Source of the DNA: an uncultured Actinomycetota bacterium
GTDB lineage: Bacteria; Actinomycetota; Geothermincolia; Geothermincolales; RBG-13-55-18
Reading direction: 5' to 3'
Length of the DNA stretch: 64,000 nt
Assembly: GCA_964462595.1 (NCBI GenBank)
Contig: CAYWXM010000014.1
Location: 7,341-71,340, forward strand
Part shown: piece after piece, positions 27,793 to 35,602 of the stretch
How positions within the stretch are numbered: position 1 is the stretch's first letter
Layout: every line of letters begins with the position of its first letter
Notes under the pieces: model-generated
What the model was told of the DNA's origin: nothing
The model's input: only the letters and a program-made list of their open reading frames with translations
Databases searched by the model: none
Position numbers and translations under genes: made by a program

Positions 27793-28773
27793 TTACGGCC
27801 GCCCCTGGATGTCCACTTTTGGGAGCAGCCTGAAGGTCGGAAACAGCCATGGATACTCGAAAGCGACGATCTCCGACACCAGCTCCCCCGCGAAGTGCAG
27901 CACCTGTATAGAATCGGCGGCGTATATACGGCGCACCTCGTCCAGCCGGTAGACGCCGAAGGCAAGCTGCCCGTTGGCGCGCCGGGGCAGCAGCCGCCAG
28001 CGGCCTCTCGCGTCGCCCGCCAGCGGGCGGGATGCGAGGTGCTTCGCCACCGCGTCACGGCCCTCGTACCAGGATGGAGACGGCGGCGATTGCAGGATCA
28101 CATCTTCGTGGAGCCTGCCTGCCAGGCCCGCCACGTCGCCCGTTTCCCAGGGGTAGAGATAGCGCATGAGGAGTTCTGCCGCCCTGCCTTCCCCTGGAGG
28201 CTCCCTGTTTCCTCGCGCGGAGTCGTACACCTGGGACATGGAACCGCGGGCGGCCTCCAGTGACCTCCCTGCCTCCCCGGCGCCGGTCCCCAGCACCTCC
28301 GCCAGGACTTCGGTTTCCCATCCCATGGTATCGGCCATGACGAGGCAGAGGCGCTCGCGTGGCCGCAGCATCTGCAGGGCGGCGATAAAGGGCAGGGATA
28401 CGCTCTCTCTCGCACCGTAGACCCGCCCGCTCTCCGGCCCCGGGTCAGGGAGGAGGTCGTCGGGAAAAGGTTCGAGCCAGGAATCGCCCTCCCGCGGCTG
28501 CAGGGGGGGAAGGCCGGGGTCGGAAGGCGCGCCGTAAAGGCGGGGCAGCCCGCGTGGGGGACGGTCCGCGAGGGAGACCGCGCACTTGCGCGCGGCGTCC
28601 TTCAGCAGCTCGGTGCACGTTGGAGCCCCTTCGGCCCGGTAGGAGCCGCCGACGAGTAGCAGCGTATCCTCGGCGAGGCCTTCGGCTTCCAACAGCGAGC
28701 CGCCCATGCGGTAGCACAGCAGAAGCAACTCTTCACGGCATCCCTCAAACGGGGAAAGGTTATTCCCGGCCAT
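27793..28773 (-). CDS. Sigma-70/ECF-like protein with NTF2/SnoaL-like C-terminal domain, conserved sigma motifs degenerate
   Basis: Architecture matches the sigma plus C-terminal-extension class: [24 protein letters not shown]; region 4-like [34 protein letters not shown]; C-terminus [12 protein letters not shown]...[21 protein letters not shown] 28771-28773 overlaps the anSME stop by 14 nt. Confidence 0.72.
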   Translation of the reverse strand: MAGNNLSPFEGCREELLLLCYRMGGSLLEAEGLAEDTLLLVGGSYRAEGAPTCTELLKDAARKCAVSLADRPPRGLPRLYGAPSDPGLPPLQPREGDSWLEPFPDDLLPDPGPESGRVYGARESVSLPFIAALQMLRPRERLCLVMADTMGWETEVLAEVLGTGAGEAGRSLEAARGSMSQVYDSARGNREPPGEGRAAELLMRYLYPWETGDVAGLAGRLHEDVILQSPPSPSWYEGRDAVAKHLASRPLAGDARGRWRLLPRRANGQLAFGVYRLDEVRRIYAADSIQVLHFAGELVSEIVAFEYPWLFPTFRLLPKVDIQGRP

Positions 28774-30058
28774 GGCAGTTCTTGAACTTCTTTCCGCTGC
28801 CGCATGGGCAGGGGTCGTTGCGCCCGGCACGCGAGAAGGCTTCCCTCAAGGCGTTGTCGCGCTCCTCGATGATACCCATGATCTCGTCGGCGTAGCGGCC
28901 CTTTTTGAGCAGGTCGGCCACGATGCGCATAACCGGGTCGATGTGGTTATAAAAGGCCCTGTATCCCTCGCAGAGGTAGTTCAACCCCTCCTCGCCGTCC
29001 GGGGTTCGCGCGAAGCGGTTCTTGGGGCATTCGCCCCGGCAGGCGAAGAGCATCTCGCACTCGCGGCAGTAGCGGGGCAGAGCGTCGCGCTTGTCCTCGC
29101 CGAAACGGCGCAGCTTCTCCGAGGACACCAGCTCGAGCATGGGTGTCTCCATGATGTTGCCGAGCAGGTAATCCGGCTCCACGAAGTGGTCGCATACGTA
29201 GAGGTCTCCGTTGTGCTCCAGGGCCAGGGCCCTGCCGCAGGTCTCGTCCGTGATGCACATGGCCGCAGCCGCCCCCGCCCAGGATGCCGCAGCGGCCTCG
29301 AAATAATTGATGAACACCGTGCCCACATCCCGGCGTACCCATTCGTCGAAGACGGCGATGAGGAAATCCCCCCACTGCGCGGGGCCCACGGAACGGTCGG
29401 TCACCGTGTCTCCTTCCTGCAGCAGGGTCGAACCGTCGGTATTTATCCTCTCCACGATGGGCAGGAACTGTATCCAGTCCACCCCCAGTTCGTCGCGGAA
29501 GAAACGGTACACGTCGAGGGGATGGCCCGCGTTGGCGGCGTTGACGGCGCAGAGGATGTTGAAATCAACGCCGTGGCGCTGCATGAGCCTTACGGCGCGC
29601 TGCACCCTGTCGAAAGTGCCTTTGCCGCCCTTGTCGCGACGATAGACATCGTGCAGCTCGCGGGGCCCGTCCACGGAAAGACCGACGAGGAAGCCGTTCT
29701 CGCGCAGGAACTCGCACCAGGCGTCGTCCAGCAGGGTGCCGTTGGTCTGTATGGTGTTGGAGATACGCATGCCGGGAGGGGCGTGTTTGGCCAGCAGTTC
29801 GATCGAGCGGCGGAAGAAGTCGAGGCCCATGAGAGTGGGTTCGCCCCCCTGCCAGGCGACGACGGCCTCGGGGACCCGCTGGGCCTGCGTGTACTGGCGT
29901 ACGTATTCCTCCAGGACCTCGTCTTTCATGCGGAAGTCGCTGCCGGGATAGAGCCTCTCTTTCTCCAGGAAGAAGCAGTAGGCGCAGTTGAGGTTGCAGT
30001 CGGCGCCGGTGGGTTTGACCAGGATATGGAAGGCTGCTGGAGCTTTACGGCCTGGCAA
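28760..30058 (-). CDS. Anaerobic sulfatase-maturating enzyme (radical SAM/SPASM) with C-terminal SEC-C motif
   Basis: [21 protein letters not shown] (CxxxCxxC); SPASM-type Cys clusters [12 protein letters not shown] and [15 protein letters not shown]; tail [19 protein letters not shown] start behind AGGAGGTAGCGA. Confidence 0.9.
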   Translation of the reverse strand: MPGRKAPAAFHILVKPTGADCNLNCAYCFFLEKERLYPGSDFRMKDEVLEEYVRQYTQAQRVPEAVVAWQGGEPTLMGLDFFRRSIELLAKHAPPGMRISNTIQTNGTLLDDAWCEFLRENGFLVGLSVDGPRELHDVYRRDKGGKGTFDRVQRAVRLMQRHGVDFNILCAVNAANAGHPLDVYRFFRDELGVDWIQFLPIVERINTDGSTLLQEGDTVTDRSVGPAQWGDFLIAVFDEWVRRDVGTVFINYFEAAAASWAGAAAAMCITDETCGRALALEHNGDLYVCDHFVEPDYLLGNIMETPMLELVSSEKLRRFGEDKRDALPRYCRECEMLFACRGECPKNRFARTPDGEEGLNYLCEGYRAFYNHIDPVMRIVADLLKKGRYADEIMGIIEERDNALREAFSRAGRNDPCPCGSGKKFKNCHGRE

Positions 30059-30250
30059 TCGCTACCTCCTGCACTTGCGTATTAATCAGCTTTGCGTAAC
30101 CCGTAGCCTGTTTACCCATTATTGCATGCCGAAAAGATGGAGTCAGCCGCCGTACAAGGTTATGATATTTACCGTAGAGGGAGACTCCTCTGGATGCGCC
30201 CGGAGGGTCCTCGAGGGCAGCGGGCACGACGACGGAGGCACAGGTTTATA

Positions 30251-31969
30251 ATGGCGGATTCTTCCAGGGGATTGAGCGGCCAGCTGCAGCGTTATCTTCC
30301 CATCCTCTCGTGGTTACCGGCCTACCGGCGGGAATGGCTCTCTGGCGATATAGCTGCCGGGTTAACGGCATGGGCGGTAACCGTGCCCGTGGCCATGGCC
30401 TTTGCGGGCATAGCCGGCATGCCGGTGCAGTACGGCCTGTACGCGGCATGTCTCGCCCCAGCCTGTTACGCGCTGTTCGGGACATCCCATCACCTGAATG
30501 TCGGGCCCGTAGCCACCGCTGCGGCTATTTCGGCGGCTACGGTCATGCCCCTGGCCGTCAGGGGGACCCCTGTATATATTACCCTCGTCGCAGTCCTTGC
30601 CCTGATCGTAGGGGCACTGCTCACCCTGGGGGGGCTGGCCAGGGCGGGTTTTCTGTCCAAGCTTCTGGCGCGGCCGGTACTCGACGGCTATATCGTAGGC
30701 ACCGCCATCTTCATCGCCGTGGGCCAGCTCGAGAAACTGTTCGGTGTAGAGGCCGGAGGGGGAAATACCTTTATCGTTTTCGCGGACATACTGCGCCAGG
30801 CTGGCTCGTGGTCCTGGATCACCCTGTCTGTCGGCATCGGCTGTCTGCTGCTGCTCATCTTGTTACGCATGAACGTGCCCAGGGTCCCTGCGGCCCTGAC
30901 CGTGATGGTCCTTTCCATCCCCCTTGCCTATCTCTTTTCGGCAGGAGAGCACGGCGTGGCGCTGGTGGGCGAGCTGCCTCGGGGTGTGAGCATCCTGTCG
31001 CTGGAGGGAGTGGGTATCAGCGACGTCGTCCGGCTCCTGCCGGGAGCGCTCGCGCTGGCTCTTTTCGCCTTCACCGAGTCCCTGCCTTTCGCCAGGGCCT
31101 ACGCGGTAAAACACTCGTACAAGGTCGATCCCAACCAGGAGATGATCGCCCTCGGGGTCGCAAATATAGGGTCGGGCTTCCTGCGCGGTTTTACGGTGGA
31201 CGCCAGCTTTACCCGCACCGCGGCCAGCGAACAGGCTGGGGGCAAGACCCAGTTAGCATCACTTATCTGTTCGGGCCTTACCCTGGTAACCGTCTTTCTC
31301 TTCACCGGGCTTTTCAAGTATCTGCCCCTCGCCACCCTGGCCGCCATCGTCGTCTTTACGGTTGCCAGGCTGGTCGACCTCAAGCCCCTGCTGCGTCTCC
31401 GCCGCAGCAGCAGGGACGATTTCGCACTGGCCCTGGTAGCCCTCTTCGGAGTGCTCCTCTTCGGCGTCGTCGTCGGTATACTCATCGGCGTGGTCCTCTC
31501 GCTGGCGGGATTCGTCGTCAGGGTCAGCCGCCCGCACACGGCCGTACTGGGGGTGGACGAGAGCGGCGCTCACCATGGCGCCCTGAAGTATCGCCCGGGT
31601 TATAAGTCTTACGCGCCCCACTTGATCATCTACCGGTTCGACAGCCCACTCATCTTCGTAAACGTCGACAGGTTCGTGGATGACATACGGCGCCTGGTCG
31701 ACGAGGCCGATCCGAAGCCCCGGGCCGTGATCGTGGATTGCGAGGTGATATACGAGATGGACACCACGGCCAGCGACGAGTTTGCTGGCCTTCATGCCGC
31801 ATTGAGCGGCGAAGGAATCGAGGTGCTGCTGGCCTGCGTTCATTCACCCCTGCGCTCGTTCATGCAGCGGGACGGCGTTATCGATATCGTCGGCGAGGAG
31901 AACGTCTTCAATACGTTGCACGGCGCGGTGCAGTCCTTCAAGCAGCGATATCCGGATCTTTGCCAGTAG
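30251..31969 (+). CDS. SulP family anion transporter with STAS domain (second copy)
   Basis: WLPAYRREWLSGDIAAGLTAWAVTVPVAMAFAGIAGMP ... STAS: LIIYRFDSPLIFVNVDRF ... VIVDCEVIYEMDTTASDEF. Start at ATG 30251. Confidence 0.9.
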   Translation: MADSSRGLSGQLQRYLPILSWLPAYRREWLSGDIAAGLTAWAVTVPVAMAFAGIAGMPVQYGLYAACLAPACYALFGTSHHLNVGPVATAAAISAATVMPLAVRGTPVYITLVAVLALIVGALLTLGGLARAGFLSKLLARPVLDGYIVGTAIFIAVGQLEKLFGVEAGGGNTFIVFADILRQAGSWSWITLSVGIGCLLLLILLRMNVPRVPAALTVMVLSIPLAYLFSAGEHGVALVGELPRGVSILSLEGVGISDVVRLLPGALALALFAFTESLPFARAYAVKHSYKVDPNQEMIALGVANIGSGFLRGFTVDASFTRTAASEQAGGKTQLASLICSGLTLVTVFLFTGLFKYLPLATLAAIVVFTVARLVDLKPLLRLRRSSRDDFALALVALFGVLLFGVVVGILIGVVLSLAGFVVRVSRPHTAVLGVDESGAHHGALKYRPGYKSYAPHLIIYRFDSPLIFVNVDRFVDDIRRLVDEADPKPRAVIVDCEVIYEMDTTASDEFAGLHAALSGEGIEVLLACVHSPLRSFMQRDGVIDIVGEENVFNTLHGAVQSFKQRYPDLCQ

Positions 31970-31986
31970 TGCCCGGGCTTGCGGGA

Positions 31987-32631
31987 TCAGTGGTTCATGG
32001 TGTGGTAAATGACCACGCTAAGGTTATGGATCAGGTCATCGCGGTCGGATGTCAGGCCTTTGTTCAACCATTGCAGGTTGGCGTATTCCAGCATGGTCAC
32101 GATGATCTGGGCCGTGACCGCCGGGTCGAGGTCATGGCAGAGACCCTGCTCCAGGTGTTCTCGCAGCTTCTTTTCCACGATGCGCAGGAAGGGCTGGTTG
32201 AACTCCTCGAGTACCTGGCGGAACTCCTCGCTTTCCAGGGAGGCGCGCACGATGAGGGGATGGATGTTTGAATAACGGGCGAATACTTCCATCACGCCGC
32301 GTATGATGATCTCCACCTCCGCCAGTGAAGTCACCGGGAGGGCCTCCGTATCGCCTTCCCGATACCAGTCGAAGACCTCGAACTCCTCGATCATGTCCTG
32401 GAGCATGAAACGGAGGAGGTCATCCTTGTTGTGGAAATAGAGCCAGAAGGTCCCGTGCCCTATCCCGGCACGGTTGATGATCTCCGCCACGGTCGCCTTG
32501 TCATAGCCGTTTGCAGCGAAAGCCTCCTCCGCCGCCTCGACGATACGGCGGAGCGTCTCGCGCGAACGGTCCTGGGCGAAACGCACCCCTCGCACGGAAT
32601 TATTTGGCTTGCTTTTCTTGCTCATGTGCAC
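31987..32631 (-). CDS. TetR/AcrR family transcriptional regulator
   Basis: TLRRIVEAAEEAFAANGYDKATVAEIINRAGIGHGTFWLYFHNKDDLL. Confidence 0.9.
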   Translation of the reverse strand: MHMSKKSKPNNSVRGVRFAQDRSRETLRRIVEAAEEAFAANGYDKATVAEIINRAGIGHGTFWLYFHNKDDLLRFMLQDMIEEFEVFDWYREGDTEALPVTSLAEVEIIIRGVMEVFARYSNIHPLIVRASLESEEFRQVLEEFNQPFLRIVEKKLREHLEQGLCHDLDPAVTAQIIVTMLEYANLQWLNKGLTSDRDDLIHNLSVVIYHTMNH

Positions 32632-32640
32632 CCTTACAAA

Positions 32641-32657
32641 TGTGACTTACAGTCACA
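32641..32657. promoter_or_regulatory. Candidate TetR operator TGTGACT-TAC-AGTCACA
   Basis: Perfect 7+7 dyad 10 nt upstream of the TetR ATG. It lies just downstream of a minus-strand TTGACC-17-TAAATT promoter-like pair. Confidence 0.5.
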
Positions 32658-32867
32658 ATTTAACATTTCAGCTGCAAGAGGTCAATTCAACCTTTCGTAT
32701 TATACCTCTATTCCGCGCGAGGGCCGTTCTTTCCCATGCTACATATGGGCTGCCCTTTGTTCTCCGGGCGGGTTCGACGATTGCCGTGCGCGCCGGAGAG
32801 CGATGCATCCGGGATCGCCTCCGCCGCACCCCAACCCGTTCGGACCGGTAACCCGCGTGCGCTTTGC

Positions 32868-32902
32868 TTGACCCGCTGAAGCGGCGGCTTTACAATTATT
32901 GT
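32868..32902 (+). promoter_or_regulatory. MarR promoter (TTGACC - 17 nt - TACAAT) with overlapping palindrome ACAATTATTGT
   Basis: TTGACC at 32868-32873, TACAAT at 32891-32896, palindrome at 32892-32902, ATG at 32906. Confidence 0.5.
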
Positions 32903-32905
32903 GTT

Positions 32906-33439
32906 ATGAAAAATATGAAAGATGCAAAATTATCATCCCATGGGGGCAAGGAAAACGAGCTCTTTGCCGAGATGGTGGAGACGGTGTTTCTCTTTATGCA
33001 CCAGCACTACGGTGAGTTCGGGGCCATCCTCAAGGAAAACGACATCAACTACACGCAGTACGTCACCCTGATCATCATCTATATGAACGGGGCGCTGAGC
33101 GAGGGGGAACTCGCGAAGGTGTTATTCATCAACCCGTCCACCGTCAGCCGCATGGTATATGCCCTGGAACAGAGGGGCTGGGTCGAGAGCACACGCGATA
33201 AGGCCGACCGCCGCAAGGTGATCGTCACCCTCTCCGCGGTTGGAAAACGAAAGATGAGGGCGATGAAGGACAAGCAGGCCGAGGTGGTGGCGCGGCAGGT
33301 ATCGCACCTCGGAGGCGACGATAAAGAGTTCGTTTACCAGGTTGCCGAGTTCGTGAACAAGGCGCTGAAGATGATGATATCGGCCGACGCCGTGGTGAGT
33401 GGAGAGCCTGATAAGGAAAAAAACCCGGCCGGCCGTTAG
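32906..33439 (+). CDS. MarR family transcriptional regulator
   Basis: Winged helix: TQYVTLIIIYMNGALSEGELAKVLFINPSTVSRMVYALEQRGWVESTRDKADRRKVIVTLSAVG. Confidence 0.88.
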   Translation: MKNMKDAKLSSHGGKENELFAEMVETVFLFMHQHYGEFGAILKENDINYTQYVTLIIIYMNGALSEGELAKVLFINPSTVSRMVYALEQRGWVESTRDKADRRKVIVTLSAVGKRKMRAMKDKQAEVVARQVSHLGGDDKEFVYQVAEFVNKALKMMISADAVVSGEPDKEKNPAGR

Positions 33440-33452
33440 GGCCTGGCCAGGG
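33415..33452 (-). terminator. Intrinsic terminator of lemA (overlaps the 3' end of the MarR gene)
   Basis: Minus strand reads CCUGGCC-AGGCCCUAAC-GGCCGGG followed by UUUUUUU. Confidence 0.55.
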
Positions 33453-33478
33453 TGACGCGCAGTCGCCCGCAGGTGGGC

Positions 33479-34048
33479 TCAAGACCCCGGGGGCTGTTTC
33501 ATCTCCACGGCGACAGGACCCTCGTCCACGTCCCGCTGGAAATATTCCCCGGTGCGAAAGCGAAAGAGCCGCGCAAGCAGAAGCTGTGGGAAGCTCTCGA
33601 TGAAAGTGTTGTAGATACGCACCGAGCCGTTGTAATACTTACGGGATGCTGCGAGGTGGTCTTCCACCGTTACCAGTTCCCGGGCCAGGCGTTCGAAGTT
33701 CTCGTCGGCCTTCAGCTCCGGGTAGCGTTCTCTGAGCACGAATATCTCGCTCAAAGCACCAGCTAGAGACAGTTCCCTTGCCCCCTTATCCCTCACCCCG
33801 GTTGCCGCTTCGGCTTCGGTCCGCATGTGCGTAACCTTTTCCAGGACCTGCTCCTCGTGCAAGGCATAGCCCTTCGCCGTCGAAACCAGGATTGGTATCA
33901 GCTGGTGGCGCAGCTTCAACTGCACGTCGATGTCCTTCCAGGCCTTCCTGGTCTTGTTGCGCAGGCGGATCATGTGGTTGAAGACCAGCACCACGGCGAG
34001 GAACAGCGCGGCCCCCACGGCGATGACGATATACACCCAAGCTTCCAT
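33479..34048 (-). CDS. lemA: LemA family protein
   Basis: N-terminal TM helix plus FNHMIRLRNKTRKAWKDIDVQLKLRHQLIP ... YPELKADENF ... SRKYYNGSVRIYN. Confidence 0.9.
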   Translation of the reverse strand: MEAWVYIVIAVGAALFLAVVLVFNHMIRLRNKTRKAWKDIDVQLKLRHQLIPILVSTAKGYALHEEQVLEKVTHMRTEAEAATGVRDKGARELSLAGALSEIFVLRERYPELKADENFERLARELVTVEDHLAASRKYYNGSVRIYNTFIESFPQLLLARLFRFRTGEYFQRDVDEGPVAVEMKQPPGS

Positions 34049-34147
34049 GAGTAGATTATAACAGCGGGTTTCCTCCGCACGAACGCCGGTCCGATCAGCC
34101 GTGACCCTGGTGGGCTACGGGTCGGCCTAAACCATACGAGCATAAGA

Positions 34148-34407
34148 GAGGATCAAGGTTCGGAACCCCGCCCGGGTGTCGCCTATACAAAAAACCCCTT
34201 CCCGAGCACCGGAAGTCGATCCGAAACGTCCCATATGAGCTTCCCCTGCCCGAGAACCGGGGGTCGATCTGAAGCGACCTTCGCGAGCAGTATGCTCGAC
34301 AGGAGGCCTTGCTCTGGATATGCACCCTGCGAGTGCTGAGCGAGGATCGTTACCCCCGGGCTCGGGCAAACAAAGAAGAAGCGAGGATCGTTACCCCCGG
34401 GCTCGGG
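34148..34407. repeat. Cluster of five ~26-34-nt related repeats in nested inverted arrangement
   Basis: CCCGAGCACCGGAAGTCGATCCGAA (34201), CCCGAGAACCGGGGGTCGATCTGAA (34249). Reverse-oriented GCGAGGATCGTTACCCCCGGGCTCGGG occurs twice, identical over 27 nt (34340-34366 and 34381-34407). A fifth degenerate copy lies at 34148-34176. Confidence 0.7.
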
Positions 34408-34444
34408 ACGCAGAACACACGTACATATCGTCATCGTGCTGTCC

Positions 34445-34450
34445 TATAAT
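34445..34450 (+). promoter_or_regulatory. -10 box TATAAT of the sbcD-like operon
   Basis: TATAAT lies 30 nt before ATG 34481. The RBS TAAGGAG falls in between. The -35 is weak. Confidence 0.4.
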
Positions 34451-34480
34451 GGTTAAGAATTGGCGCAGTAAGGAGAAACG

Positions 34481-35599
34481 ATGGCTGGACTGAGACTTCT
34501 GCATACGGCCGACGTGCACCTGGGTGCGCCCTTCGCTTTCCTGGGGAGGCGAGGCAGGGAGCAGCGCGAACAACTCAAGGCCACGTTCTCCCGGGTGATA
34601 GAACTTGCCCTCACGTCACAGGTTGACGCCATGCTTATCGCGGGCGATCTCTTCGATTCCGCCTATCCGCAACCCGGCCTGGTGGGCGAGGTCGTGTATC
34701 AGCTGCGCCGTCTCGACAGCGAGGGCATCTGGACCTTCATCGTTCCCGGGACCCACGACAGGCTGCAGCCGGGTGGGGTTTATGAAAGCGGCGAGATCTC
34801 CGGGCTGCAGCACCTGCACGTGTTCCGGGGGAGCGAGATGATGCCTTTCACCGTGGAGGGGCTCGGGCTCGACGTATACGGTATGGCCACGAGCGGCGAG
34901 GGCAAGGACGTCCTGAGCGGTTTCCGTGCCGGGGATGCCGGGCGCTGGCGCGTGGGCATGCTGCACGCATCTTTCGTACTGCCGGGAAAGGTCGAGCGGG
35001 ACGAGATGCTCGTCTCCGCGGGCAGCGTGAGCGGCAGCAACCTGCATTACCTCGCCCTGGGCCACTGGCATTCCCCGGGTGATTACAGTCAGGGAAGCAC
35101 GGTGGCTTTCTTCAGCGGTCCACCCGAGCCTTTGGATCTGGGTAAGGGCGAGGAGGGGAAAGTCCTGCTGGTGGAACTGGAGGAGGGAAGCCCGGCGAAA
35201 GTAAACCCTATCCCCGTCGGTACCCGGCGCATGGTCCGCCTGGAGCTGGATGCCGGAGAGATAGGAGGCCCGGCGGAGTTCTATGCCCACGTGAGGCGCA
35301 TGGCCGATCGCGACCTGGCCCTCGAAGTGCGCCTGAAGGGCCTGTGGGGCGAGGATTGGATGGCCTGCGACTGGGAAAGGATGGAGGAAGAACTCTCCCC
35401 GCTCTTTTTCCACCTTCGCCTGGAGATCGAGCCGGCCGGCCTCTTCGAACACGACCTCGAGGCTTACGCGGAGAGAACGGTCATCGGCCGCTTTATCCGC
35501 ATAGCCCGCAGGGAGATGGCGGGCAAAGAGGGAGAGGACCTGCGCATAGCCGAGGAAGCCCTGCGCCTCGGGCTGGCCTATATAACGGGGAGGCCGTAG
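34481..35599 (+). CDS. SbcD/Mre11-like metallophosphoesterase nuclease (YhaO-like)
   Basis: Phosphoesterase motifs LLHTADVHLG, IAGDLFDS, VPGTHD and ALGHWH. Confidence 0.88.
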   Translation: MAGLRLLHTADVHLGAPFAFLGRRGREQREQLKATFSRVIELALTSQVDAMLIAGDLFDSAYPQPGLVGEVVYQLRRLDSEGIWTFIVPGTHDRLQPGGVYESGEISGLQHLHVFRGSEMMPFTVEGLGLDVYGMATSGEGKDVLSGFRAGDAGRWRVGMLHASFVLPGKVERDEMLVSAGSVSGSNLHYLALGHWHSPGDYSQGSTVAFFSGPPEPLDLGKGEEGKVLLVELEEGSPAKVNPIPVGTRRMVRLELDAGEIGGPAEFYAHVRRMADRDLALEVRLKGLWGEDWMACDWERMEEELSPLFFHLRLEIEPAGLFEHDLEAYAERTVIGRFIRIARREMAGKEGEDLRIAEEALRLGLAYITGRP

Positions 35600-35602
35600 G
35601 AG

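Noticed and set aside
28772-30085. 437-aa plus-strand ORF
   Set aside because: Antisense to the radical-SAM maturase. No motifs.
34148-34407. CRISPR array
   Set aside because: The repeats occur in both orientations and are imperfect between the two pairs. The gaps are short or irregular (about 14-65 nt), and no cas genes or leader are present.
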